This document shows, piece after piece, positions 19,956-29,216 of a stretch of 64,000 nucleotides of DNA. How positions within the stretch are numbered: the stretch's first letter is position 1; each line of letters starts with the position of its first letter. This DNA comes from Planctomycetota bacterium. Its GTDB lineage: Bacteria > Planctomycetota > UBA8108 > SXIK01. The position numbers were made by a program, and so were the translations under genes. Below the pieces are notes generated by a model, which searched no databases, was not told where the DNA came from, and worked only from the letters and a program-made list of their open reading frames with translations. The stretch covers positions 3,072,001 to 3,136,000 of the forward strand of contig OZ244999.1 of assembly GCA_965223265.1 (NCBI GenBank). Direction: 5' to 3'.

Positions 19956-21458
19956 CTAACGAGCGAAGCGGTTGAAGTCCGTACGGCCCCGCTTCTTCCA
20001 GCGATCGTACCACGGTTGATTGTGCGGCAGTGGTCTTCCATCGCGCGTCCAGCCGTCTCGTCGTCGCTGCGTCGGCATCGCGTCCGCGGTCTCGACGCGC
20101 CAATTGTCGAGAAGCGTTCGCAAACGAGCGTAGGTATCTCGATACGTCTGGCGATGGGCAACGCTGGCAAGTGAACTTGGATCAAGCTGCAAGTCGTACA
20201 GCTCTTCGAATGGGCGCGGTTCTTGGAAAAGAAACAACTGCGCCGGCGTCAAGCGACCTTGCTCCCTTTCGTCCAGCACCGCTGCCCAGGTGGGCGAATT
20301 GATGGAATCGACGCTGTTCCACAGTGGCCGATCGTAGTAGTAGTTGCGAACCAGCAGGTAGCGCTCAGTGCGGACGGCACGGCTGAATTGCTCAAAATCG
20401 TGCCAGTTAGCCTCCGCAAAGACCGCCTGTCGATGGGTGATGTCGGAATTCTTCAGCGCGGGGAGCAAGCTGCGCCCTTGGGGCGTTGTCGCGTGGACGC
20501 CCGCCAGCTCGAGAATCGTCGGCGCCAGATCGATCGCACTCACGAGACCGTGATACTCGCTACCTGCCTCCAAAAGCGGTGGGTAGCGCAGAATCAGGGG
20601 CGTCCGAATGCCTGAGTCATAAAGGGTTGTCTTTGCTCGCGGAAACGGCATGCCATTGTCCGACAGGTAGACGACGCATGTGGTGTCGAGCACGCCCTGG
20701 CGCTGAAGCTCAGCAGTCACCTCGCCGACGTGTCGGTCGAAGCGTTGGACTTCGCCGTAGTAGGCGGCTAGCTCTCTGCGGATCTCGACTCGGTCGGGCA
20801 GGTAGGGAGGGACGCGAACGTGCTCCGGCATTGGCGGTTCAGGGGTGGCGTCCGCATCGAATGGGCGATGGGGATCAACCGAGGCTACCCAGAGAAAAAA
20901 AGGTCGATCCTGTGGGCGGCTACGAAGCGCTTTGATCGCCCTCGCTGCGGTATCGTGTCCGCCGCATTCCTCGATGAGGTCCCAATTACGGCGCTCTGGA
21001 TCGCCAAGATGCCACTTGCCGGCAGCACTGATGTGATAGCCAGCGGCCCGAAGGTACCACGCCACTGTTCGCGCTCGTTCCGGCAGCGGCGCGTGGAGAT
21101 CCTCGGCTCCCGTGCTGTGCGGGTAACGTCCGGTCAAGATACTGCAGCGGCTCGGGCTGCATGACGATGTGGTCAGAAAGGCGCGAGTGAAGCGACAACC
21201 GGAGGCGGCGAGACGATCTATATTCGGCGTCGCGATCGATCCATTGCCATAGCAGCCCAGGTCGGTGTAGCCGTGGTCGTCGGCGATGAAGACGACGAAG
21301 TTTGGGCGCGTCGCCTCGGCCTGCGTGCGCCGGTCGAGGACCGCCAGGCTGACAAGCAGTGCGACGAACGCCAACAGAGCTCTGCTTCGACAGTCCGAGA
21401 GCGGCCGCGATTTGTGTTCGCGGTGGGTCGCTGGTGCGCTCGCCGCGGCGTGGGTCAT
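19956..21458 (-). CDS. Secreted sulfatase (N-sulfoglucosamine sulfohydrolase-like)
   Basis: FIADDHG, CSPSRCSILTG formylglycine motif, GKWH, DPHRP, SDNGMPFPRAK; start has ATGA overlap with the upstream gene. Confidence 0.92.
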   Translation of the reverse strand: MTHAAASAPATHREHKSRPLSDCRSRALLAFVALLVSLAVLDRRTQAEATRPNFVVFIADDHGYTDLGCYGNGSIATPNIDRLAASGCRFTRAFLTTSSCSPSRCSILTGRYPHSTGAEDLHAPLPERARTVAWYLRAAGYHISAAGKWHLGDPERRNWDLIEECGGHDTAARAIKALRSRPQDRPFFLWVASVDPHRPFDADATPEPPMPEHVRVPPYLPDRVEIRRELAAYYGEVQRFDRHVGEVTAELQRQGVLDTTCVVYLSDNGMPFPRAKTTLYDSGIRTPLILRYPPLLEAGSEYHGLVSAIDLAPTILELAGVHATTPQGRSLLPALKNSDITHRQAVFAEANWHDFEQFSRAVRTERYLLVRNYYYDRPLWNSVDSINSPTWAAVLDEREQGRLTPAQLFLFQEPRPFEELYDLQLDPSSLASVAHRQTYRDTYARLRTLLDNWRVETADAMPTQRRRDGWTRDGRPLPHNQPWYDRWKKRGRTDFNRFAR

Positions 21459-22354
21459 AACACTTCGGCTTGCGCCAGCGCTTCTCGAATCGCCGCTGCC
21501 TGCTGTTCGGAGGTCTTCGGCATTGGCGCGCGCGGCAAGCCACCTTCTCTTCCTTGAAGGTTTAGACAGTATTTTACATTCGCCGGCAGGTTGTCGTCGA
21601 AGATCGCATTCCATATCCTCAGCAGCGACGCGTGGAGCTCCATGGCGTCGTCGTGACGATGCGCGTGCGCAGCATCCCAGAGCTTGACGCACAGGCTCGG
21701 AACGGCGGTCAGGATCGCAGCGATGGCTCCATGGGCGCCGATCATGAACGACGGGTAAAGCAGGGCGTCAACGGCACTCATGATGCGTGCTTTGGTTTGA
21801 CATTCGAGGAGCAAGTCGGCAAGGAGCTTCATGTCTCCAGCACTCTGTTTGACGCCGATGACACCTTCGACGTTGGTGATAATCTGCGCCAGGAGCTGTG
21901 GTGAAAGATAGGTCCACGGCACGACGTTGTAGATCATTACGTCGATGCCGGCACCGGTGGCGACGGCGTCGAAGTGGCGCATCATGGCGTCGTCGTCGGG
22001 GCGAAATAGATAGTGCACCGGCGTCACCTGAAGTGCCGCGACCCCGAGATCCTTGACTGCGCGGCCTTTCTCGATCGCATCCTGTGTACTGTCGCTGATG
22101 ATTCCTGTGATGACTGGCACGCGCCCATTCACCGCATCCGTGACGACCTCGGTGATTTTACGAGTCTCTTCCGTATTCAGGGTGTGGCCCTCTCCGGTGC
22201 TGCCGGTTACCGCCAGGCCATGCACGCCTGCGGATTCGACAAGGAAGCTCGCTTCGGTGCGAAGTGCGTCAAGGTCTATCTCACCGTCCGCCTTGAAAGG
22301 GGTTACCATGGGCGGTACGATGCCAAAAATGTTGTTGTGTTCAGGAGCAGTCAT
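21455..22354 (-). CDS. Dihydrodipicolinate synthase/N-acetylneuraminate lyase family aldolase or dehydratase
   Basis: MVTPF, GSTGEG, IYNV and Schiff-base Lys in GVKQS. Confidence 0.88.
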   Translation of the reverse strand: MTAPEHNNIFGIVPPMVTPFKADGEIDLDALRTEASFLVESAGVHGLAVTGSTGEGHTLNTEETRKITEVVTDAVNGRVPVITGIISDSTQDAIEKGRAVKDLGVAALQVTPVHYLFRPDDDAMMRHFDAVATGAGIDVMIYNVVPWTYLSPQLLAQIITNVEGVIGVKQSAGDMKLLADLLLECQTKARIMSAVDALLYPSFMIGAHGAIAAILTAVPSLCVKLWDAAHAHRHDDAMELHASLLRIWNAIFDDNLPANVKYCLNLQGREGGLPRAPMPKTSEQQAAAIREALAQAEVL

Positions 22355-22432
22355 CGAAGTCCCAAGCAGAAAGTTTGTGAAGGGTGTGGATATCGTGTCG
22401 CTCAATCGCGACGCCGTGAATCGCGTGCCGTC

Positions 22433-22495
22433 TCACGGTGTCTTCGATCATTTGTTTTCCATCACGGTGTCTACTCTCACGGTGTCTACTCTCAC
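22433..22495. repeat. Short direct repeats: TCACGGTGTCT x3, including a 15-bp tandem duplication
   Basis: Copies at 22433, 22462 and 22477 in a divergent intergenic region. Confidence 0.75.
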
Positions 22496-22764
22496 CGTTG
22501 CCGGGTGCGCCGCTGCAGCCCGCAGAGAACTTCACCGGACCCCCATTTAATCGACGCAGCATGGGAAAGGCCAGTCCGAAAGTCGTGACAGATCGAGGCT
22601 CGATGCCGACGCGGCCCCACGGCTTGTCCACCCGCGCTGCGCTTAGGCAGGGTGTTAGGCGATGCCGACTGCGCGGCGACTGGGGCTGGCTCGAGACGAG
22701 TCAAGTCGCGGCGCGGGCGCTGGAATTGGCTTCAGGCCGAAAGAGGTCATGCTCGGGAGGTGAC

Positions 22765-23634
22765 ATGTCGATTCGCGGGTTTGGTGCGCGCTTCGGTTTG
22801 AGTTGGAAGCTCGCGCTGGTCAGTGCGGCCGTGGTTTTTCTCTCGGGGCCGCCGCCGTCGTTCTCGCACGCGGAACGCCCCCAGGCCTTCCTATCTGCCG
22901 CGCCTGACAAGACGAAAAAATCGAAGGAAGCTAAGAAAAAGAAACGTTCGAAGTCGGAGAAGAAGAAAGCAAAAGAGGACCGCCGTCTCGTTCGGGATCG
23001 GCTGAAGGAACATCTCGACGCGTCGTCGTTCAAATTCCTCGACGGAGGTCAAGTCGAGGCTGTTTATCGATTCCAGACGGAGAAAACGGGTGAGGACGCA
23101 TTCAAGCCCGAGATCAGCTCCGGGGTCCAAGCTCCGCTTCGCTGGTCGGTACCACGTGAATATCCACGCGGGTTACGCATCGCGAAGCGCGGCTACATGC
23201 TCCTCGACTGTGTTTTCGAAGACCAGCTGATGGCGGAGATTCGATTTTCCAATAATCGCAACTACACACCAGCGAGTGTCGTCGCGGTGAGTTACTTCAA
23301 TGCTGCCGGCGATGGGATAGGGAGCAACTTCGGTAGCGAGTGTGCGGTGTTCACCAGGAAAGGCCGGATTGCGAAGAAGGCGGGCAAAAAGCGAGGTCTT
23401 AACTATCGCGCGGAAGCCAATTTTCGGCTCGAGGTTGCGGAGGGAACGTTCACGGCCAGCCGGCGCGGGAAGCGAAAGAGCAGCCTCGCTTACGACGCCA
23501 AAAAGTTTTCGTCGGGGAGAGTGGGTATGCGGTGGGGAGGCGACGCCTCGGGTACCGTGCTCGAGTTTCGTGTCCGTGGCAAGGTCGACATCGAAAAGAC
23601 TGCCAAGATCTTGCGCGCGCAGTCGAAGCGATAA
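22765..23634 (+). CDS. Hypothetical exported, Lys-rich protein
   Basis: GGAGGTG RBS, signal-like N-terminus, poly-Lys tract, beta-rich C-terminal domain. Confidence 0.7.
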   Translation: MSIRGFGARFGLSWKLALVSAAVVFLSGPPPSFSHAERPQAFLSAAPDKTKKSKEAKKKKRSKSEKKKAKEDRRLVRDRLKEHLDASSFKFLDGGQVEAVYRFQTEKTGEDAFKPEISSGVQAPLRWSVPREYPRGLRIAKRGYMLLDCVFEDQLMAEIRFSNNRNYTPASVVAVSYFNAAGDGIGSNFGSECAVFTRKGRIAKKAGKKRGLNYRAEANFRLEVAEGTFTASRRGKRKSSLAYDAKKFSSGRVGMRWGGDASGTVLEFRVRGKVDIEKTAKILRAQSKR

Positions 23635-23682
23635 CGTATTCGACCTCGGCGTGCTCGTAATTTTCAGCTGGCTTCGCTGCGT

Positions 23683-24645
23683 CTAAGAGCCGGTGGGGGA
23701 TGTGGCGCTTGGGAACTCGACCTTGGTGTTTTGAGTTAGCAGGTCCCTGTCGACAAGTGCTCCCCAGGCAGCGATCAGGCGCCCAAATACTGGGCCGATC
23801 TTGCCGTCGCCAATCGGGAGGGCGTTGATCCGGGTGGCCGGCGCGAGGCAAAAGGGAGTGCTCGCAATCATCGCTTCATCGGCGTTGATCACGTCGTACA
23901 ACTGGAAGTCACGCTCAATCCACTGGAGCCCGAGTTGCGGCGCGAGGTCACGCACGGTGGCGAGGCTGACTCCCGGAAGCGTGTTTCGCGGCGAGGGGAT
24001 CCAGAGCTCGTCACCCTTGGCGACGAAGAAGTTGGCGCCACTGCACTCCGTGACGTTGCCATCGAGGTCAAGCAGAAGCGTGACGCACGCTGGATCGACC
24101 AGGCTGCTTTCGCGTTCCGCCAACCACCAGTGCATGCGACTCCGATGTTTGATCTTTGCGTCGACGCAATGAGGCGGAACGTGGCGCGTCGGAGGGACGA
24201 CGGCGTGCGCGCCTTCGCTGTACCAATGCGCCCAGTGCTGAAACGGGAGCGGAAACGTGTGAATGCAAAGTGTCGGCTGCTCGGCAATCGGTGTGTCGAG
24301 CCAGCCGCCGTACGTCGGCACCGGGCCAGGAGACATGAAGTGAATCACTCCCAGGTCCTGGTCGGCGTCGAGAAACGAGCAATTCTGCTCGACGACTTCA
24401 AGAGTTACGCGGCGAAGCTGGTCGCGACGAATCGGCGGTTCGATCCCGGCGTACTTGGCTGACCGCAGGAAGCGTGTCAGATGGTCGTCAAGACGAAAAG
24501 GTCGGTGGTTGATCGTGCGTGTCATGTCCGTGACGGTGGCGCCGAGAACGATCGCGCGGTCAAACACCGGCAGGCGAGCGTTCTCGAGCGGGACGAATTC
24601 GCCGTTGAGGTAGGCGAGGGGTTGGTCGCTTGGGGCAGGTGTCAT
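23683..24645 (-). CDS. PLP-dependent aminotransferase class IV (IlvE/D-amino acid aminotransferase-like)
   Basis: YLNGEF, LDDHLTRF, catalytic Lys in KIKHRSR, VTECSGANFF and TLPGVS motifs. Confidence 0.9.
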   Translation of the reverse strand: MTPAPSDQPLAYLNGEFVPLENARLPVFDRAIVLGATVTDMTRTINHRPFRLDDHLTRFLRSAKYAGIEPPIRRDQLRRVTLEVVEQNCSFLDADQDLGVIHFMSPGPVPTYGGWLDTPIAEQPTLCIHTFPLPFQHWAHWYSEGAHAVVPPTRHVPPHCVDAKIKHRSRMHWWLAERESSLVDPACVTLLLDLDGNVTECSGANFFVAKGDELWIPSPRNTLPGVSLATVRDLAPQLGLQWIERDFQLYDVINADEAMIASTPFCLAPATRINALPIGDGKIGPVFGRLIAAWGALVDRDLLTQNTKVEFPSATSPTGS

Positions 24646-24706
24646 GGGGGTCGCCCTCGATTTCTTGCTGACTGGACCGCGGCGCCGCGGCTCACGAGCA
24701 TGTGGA

Positions 24707-24755
24707 GTGCCGGTGCACTTGTACCGGTGCACCTGTACCGGTGCGTACCGGTGCA
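24707..24755. repeat. Four imperfect copies of GTACCGGTGC(AC)
   Basis: Directly visible; units contain the palindromes ACCGGT, GTGCAC and GTAC. Confidence 0.75.
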
Positions 24756-24924
24756 ATTGGCGTGCCGACTCGGGGTCTGAGTGTAGTCGATCTCGCTAGT
24801 GTTTGCTCGAAACTACACCGCAGCGGTCAACAGAATGTTCGCACCGTCCGGTTGCGGAAGGTAGACTAGAACGTTCCGGACGATTGGGTTTTCGTCGACC
24901 ACACGCCTCTCTACCACGCACTCC

Positions 24925-25887
24925 ATGATTCACGACCGCTTGAAAGCTTCGTCATTGTTGACGGATGTCATGCCCTCTAGGCAAGAGCGTGATGCTCGTC
25001 GATACTGGCCAGCAGCGCTCGCCTTGGCGTTGGTCGCGACCGCTGCCCAGCCCCTTTGTTCTCACGTTGGAGAACACAAACAAATCGAAAAGCTCACGGA
25101 ACGAATGAAGCGATCGCCTCATGACGCGACGCTCTTTCTTCGCCGCGGTGATCTGTATCGACTTCACGGCGAATGGGTTGTGGCCTTGAAGGATTTCGAA
25201 CGAGCGCAGGAGCTCGATCCGAGTCTTTACTCTGTTGTGCTGGTGCGCGGGAAGCTGTTTCTTGACGCCGGTTGTCCGCAACTGGCGAAGTTCTGCGCTG
25301 ACGGATATATCCGTCTCGAACCACGAAGTCCCCAAGGATTCTTGCTGCGAGCTAAAGCCCTTGCGATGCTCCACGACGCGTCGGGGGCGGCGAGTGATTA
25401 CACGTGCGTGATCGACCGTGTGAGTCGTCGACGGCGACCGCCGCCTGAGATCTTTCTCTCTCGCGCGAACGTGCTTGCAGATGCCAAGCGATATACCGAG
25501 GCGATCGCGGGGATCGACGAAGGCATTGCTCGACTGGGTTCCGTCGTGACTCTCGAGCGCCGAGCATTGGAGCTCGAGATCGAGTCAGGGCGCCTTGATG
25601 ACGCCATGTCGCGAGTGCAAACACTTCTATCGGTGTCGTCGCGCACAGAGACGTGGTTGGCGACCATCGGGGAAATTCACACCCTCGCTGGACGTGACGC
25701 TGAGGCAATTGCTGCGTACCGACAGGCTCTGCGAGCAATCGACTCGCTCTCGGCACGTCGAAAGGGCTTGGCTGCGGTAGCGCTGCTCGAGGAGCGCGTC
25801 CGGCGTGCGTTGGTGCGACTTCAGACGCGAGTCGATGCCGCACGAGAATCGCACGTTATTTCAACTCCGTCCTCGGATAGCAGTTAG
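24925..25887 (+). CDS. Secreted tetratricopeptide-repeat protein (alternative start 24970)
   Basis: Signal peptide followed by HVGEH; repeated TPR patterns (LFLRRGDLY..ALKDFERAQELDP). Confidence 0.82.
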   Translation: MIHDRLKASSLLTDVMPSRQERDARRYWPAALALALVATAAQPLCSHVGEHKQIEKLTERMKRSPHDATLFLRRGDLYRLHGEWVVALKDFERAQELDPSLYSVVLVRGKLFLDAGCPQLAKFCADGYIRLEPRSPQGFLLRAKALAMLHDASGAASDYTCVIDRVSRRRRPPPEIFLSRANVLADAKRYTEAIAGIDEGIARLGSVVTLERRALELEIESGRLDDAMSRVQTLLSVSSRTETWLATIGEIHTLAGRDAEAIAAYRQALRAIDSLSARRKGLAAVALLEERVRRALVRLQTRVDAARESHVISTPSSDSS

Positions 25888-27570
25888 ATGAGTCGACACG
25901 ATCCTGACCCGTTTTTGGTGTCAACGTCCAACATGATCCGAGCAGCATCCTCGCGCTGGAGAAGGGCTTCGACTCTGAGCTATGCGCTCGGCTTCACGAT
26001 TTGCGCCGGCGTCGCGGCCCAGGATGCTTCGATCGTTCGTGGTCCTTATCTGCAGCTTTGCACCTCGGAATCGATTGTCATCCGCTGGCGTACTGACGTG
26101 CCGACCGATTCACGAGTACGAGTCGGTACTGCTGTCGGCCAGCTGAATAGTGTGCATTCCTCGGAGACCGAAACGACCGAGCACGAGATCAACGTCGACG
26201 GCTTGACACCGGATACGCTCTATTACTATGCGATCGGTACGGCAACAGAGGATCTCGCTGGCGACGATGTCGAGCATCTGTTCGTCACCGCGCCGTCGCG
26301 AGGAGTGGCAAAGCGTACCCGCGTCTGGGTGATTGGTGATTCTGGCTCTGCTGAACGACCGGCGGAGCTCGTGCGGGATGCCTATCTGCGCTTCTCGGAC
26401 GACCGCCTCACCGACCTTTGGATCATGCTTGGCGACAACGCCTACAACAGCGGTACTGACGAAGAATACCAGAATGCTGTGTTCGACATGTACCCCAGCT
26501 TACTGCGTACGTCGTCGGTGTGGCCGACACTTGGTAATCACGACGGAATCACGGCTGATTCGGCGACGCTCACGGGGCCGTACTACGACATCTTCACGAT
26601 CCCTACCGAAGCGGAGGCTGGAGGCGTCGCTTCGGGGACGGAAGCCTACTACTCGTTTGACTACGGCAATATTCACTTCGTGTCACTTGAATCGCATGAG
26701 ACTGATCGCTCCACGGAAGGGGCGATGATGCAGTGGCTCGTCGAAGATCTGGCCGCAAATGAGAGCGAGTGGTTGATCGCTTTCTGGCATCATCCGCCGT
26801 ACTCGAAGGGTTCGCACGATTCGGACCGGGAGCAACAATTGATCGAGATGCGGCGGAACGCACTGCCGATTCTCGAGGCTGCGGGAGTTGATCTCGTCCT
26901 TGCCGGACACAGCCATAGCTACGAACGGTCAGTGTTGGTTGATCAACACTACGGCCGATCTCATACACTGAGCTCGGAGATGCTCCTCGACTGCGGGGAC
27001 GGTCGTGAGGAGGGCGACGGGGTTTACCGAAAAGCTCCCGGCCTCACGGCGAACGATGGAGCTGTGTACATCGTTGCCGGTAGCTCCGGTGGAAGATTTG
27101 GGTTCGGCCCACTCGACCACCCGATCATGTTTCTTTCCACGCTCGCTCACGGCTCTGTGGTACTCGACTTTGATGGCTCTCGACTCGACGTGCGATTTCT
27201 GACTGACCAAGGTGATGTCGCGGATTCCTTCACACTCGAAAAAGACCGAGTCGAGCCGAGGGAGCCGGCGGATTGCACATCTCCTGGCGTCGCATTTCGG
27301 CGCGGCGATGCGAACGCCGATGGGAACGTCACACTCCCTGACGCAGTGTGGATTCTCAACGAGCTGTTTCGCGGCGGCGAGTCGACTCGTTGCCGGCGCG
27401 CCTCGGACGTCAACGATGATGCGGCTATCGACATCGCCGACGTCACGTTTTTGATCAACCACTTGTTCCAAGGTGGAGAAGAGCCGAACGCGCCGTTTCC
27501 GAACTGCGGCCTCGACACGACCTTCGACTTGCTGCCGTGCTCGCGGTACCCCTTGTGCGACGAGGGATGA
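25888..27570 (+). CDS. Purple acid phosphatase-like metallophosphoesterase with FN3-like N-domain and C-terminal dockerin-like domain
   Basis: RGPYLQ, GDSG, GDNAY, GNHD, HHPPY and GHSH motifs; tail FRRGDANADG...DVNDD..IDIAD...PFPNCG. Confidence 0.9.
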   Translation: MSRHDPDPFLVSTSNMIRAASSRWRRASTLSYALGFTICAGVAAQDASIVRGPYLQLCTSESIVIRWRTDVPTDSRVRVGTAVGQLNSVHSSETETTEHEINVDGLTPDTLYYYAIGTATEDLAGDDVEHLFVTAPSRGVAKRTRVWVIGDSGSAERPAELVRDAYLRFSDDRLTDLWIMLGDNAYNSGTDEEYQNAVFDMYPSLLRTSSVWPTLGNHDGITADSATLTGPYYDIFTIPTEAEAGGVASGTEAYYSFDYGNIHFVSLESHETDRSTEGAMMQWLVEDLAANESEWLIAFWHHPPYSKGSHDSDREQQLIEMRRNALPILEAAGVDLVLAGHSHSYERSVLVDQHYGRSHTLSSEMLLDCGDGREEGDGVYRKAPGLTANDGAVYIVAGSSGGRFGFGPLDHPIMFLSTLAHGSVVLDFDGSRLDVRFLTDQGDVADSFTLEKDRVEPREPADCTSPGVAFRRGDANADGNVTLPDAVWILNELFRGGESTRCRRASDVNDDAAIDIADVTFLINHLFQGGEEPNAPFPNCGLDTTFDLLPCSRYPLCDEG

Positions 27571-27763
27571 GCCCGCCTCGGGACTTGAGGATTTGCCAAA
27601 CGGCCGCAAGTGCGCTCCAATAGGAGCATCTGTCGCGAGCTCACGACGTTCAACAGGCTGGTAAAGCCGTTCGCGACACTTGCGATTCTTGTTTGGTAGG
27701 CTTGCGTAGCGAGCCGCTGCGGGGGCAGCGGTTTTCGTCGTGGGTGAGGTGATGACCCGAGTC

Positions 27764-29137
27764 ATGAACGAGCAACCAATTCTTTCGCAGTACGAACGAC
27801 TCTGTCCAGGTTCGAGGCGTCTTTTCGAGCGCTCTCTCGAACGTTTTCCCAGCGGCGTGACGCACGATTCTCGCTACATGAGGCCGTTTCCGATCTTTGT
27901 TGATCGCGCCATCGGCAGCCGCAAGTGGGACGTTGACGGTAACGAGTACGTCGACTACTTCGGTGGTCACGGCGCGCTTCTGCTCGGCCACAATGACCCG
28001 ACGGTTGTCGAGGCAGTGCAGAGAGCTTTGGAGAGGGGCACTCATTTCGGCGCTTGTCACGAACTCGAGCTCGAATGGGCTGACCTTGTCACCCGGATGA
28101 TCCCGAGCGCGGAGAAGGTGCGATTCACGAGTTCTGGCACCGAGGCAAGTCAGCTCGTTTTACGCCTCGCTCGGGCTGCCACGGGGCGACGGCGTATCGT
28201 GCGATTCTTAACGAATTTCCACGGTTGGCATGATCAAGTGGCGTTTGCTCAGAAGGCATCCTTCGATGGCTCGCCGCCGGCGGGTGTTCTCTCTGAGACG
28301 GTCGAACAGATCGTCGTTCTGCCGCCAAATGACCTCGATGCCGTCCGCCAGCTGCTCGCCGAAGACGATGACGTCGCGGCAGTGATTCTTGAGCCGACCG
28401 GAGCGAGCTTTGGACAAGTTCCCACGGATGCCCCGTACTTGAAGGGACTTCGCGAAGTCACTGCACAGCATGGAGTGCTGTTGATCTTTGACGAGGTGAT
28501 CACGGGTTTTCGCTGCAGTCCCGGCGGGGCTCAGGGGTTCTACGAAGTGAAGCCCGATTTGACGCTCTTGGCCAAGGCGATGGCAGGTGGCTATCCGGGC
28601 GGAGCCATCGTCGGGAGTGCCGATTTGATGGACTTTATGAGCTTTCGAGATGGCGACGTCGAATGGAATCAACGCCACCGTGTCGCGCATCAAGGTACCT
28701 TTAACGCCAATCCTGTTTCCGCCGCCGCGGGAATCGCGACGCTCAAAATCATTGCGTCAAGTGACGTTTGCGAACGTGCCACCGCCGCCGCGTCGCAACT
28801 GCGCGATGCGCTCAATGACGTGATTCGCGAGGGGGGATTCAACTGGCTGGTCTACGGCGAGTTCTCCGGCTTTCACCTCTTGGTGCCACCGGAGGATACT
28901 GCGGTCACGCTCGAGGATATTTACTCAGGGAGCGTGCATTACTCCGCGCTCAAGAAGGGACCGAGTCAGGGGAGCGTTGATTTGCTGCGCGCTGGCTTTC
29001 TCTGCGGAGGCGTCGACGTCGGGTCGTGGCCGGGAGGTTGGGTGTCAGCTGTCCACTCACCCCGAGACATTGATGCCTCGGCCACCGCGATGCGCCGGCT
29101 GATTTCGCTGTGGAAAGGTCAGCCAGCGCCAGCGTGA
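27764..29137 (+). CDS. Class III aminotransferase (glutamate-1-semialdehyde aminomutase-like)
   Basis: WDVDGNEYVDY, SSGTEA, FHGWHD, LIFDEVITGFR, AKAMAGG and GTFNANP motifs; start may be 27752. Confidence 0.88.
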   Translation: MNEQPILSQYERLCPGSRRLFERSLERFPSGVTHDSRYMRPFPIFVDRAIGSRKWDVDGNEYVDYFGGHGALLLGHNDPTVVEAVQRALERGTHFGACHELELEWADLVTRMIPSAEKVRFTSSGTEASQLVLRLARAATGRRRIVRFLTNFHGWHDQVAFAQKASFDGSPPAGVLSETVEQIVVLPPNDLDAVRQLLAEDDDVAAVILEPTGASFGQVPTDAPYLKGLREVTAQHGVLLIFDEVITGFRCSPGGAQGFYEVKPDLTLLAKAMAGGYPGGAIVGSADLMDFMSFRDGDVEWNQRHRVAHQGTFNANPVSAAAGIATLKIIASSDVCERATAAASQLRDALNDVIREGGFNWLVYGEFSGFHLLVPPEDTAVTLEDIYSGSVHYSALKKGPSQGSVDLLRAGFLCGGVDVGSWPGGWVSAVHSPRDIDASATAMRRLISLWKGQPAPA

Positions 29138-29216
29138 AGACGTTGATGTTGAGGTCAGAGGGCGCCGCACTATTCGCGAACCGGCAGCGCTGGCACGGCC
29201 ATCGGGGCTGGCGCGG

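Noticed and set aside
21455-22354. Calling this gene dapA
   Set aside because: YNVVPW lacks the YNVPxRT Arg typical of true DapA, and the context is catabolic
27764-29137. Calling this gene hemL
   Set aside because: Lacks the NSPVR motif and has no heme-synthesis context
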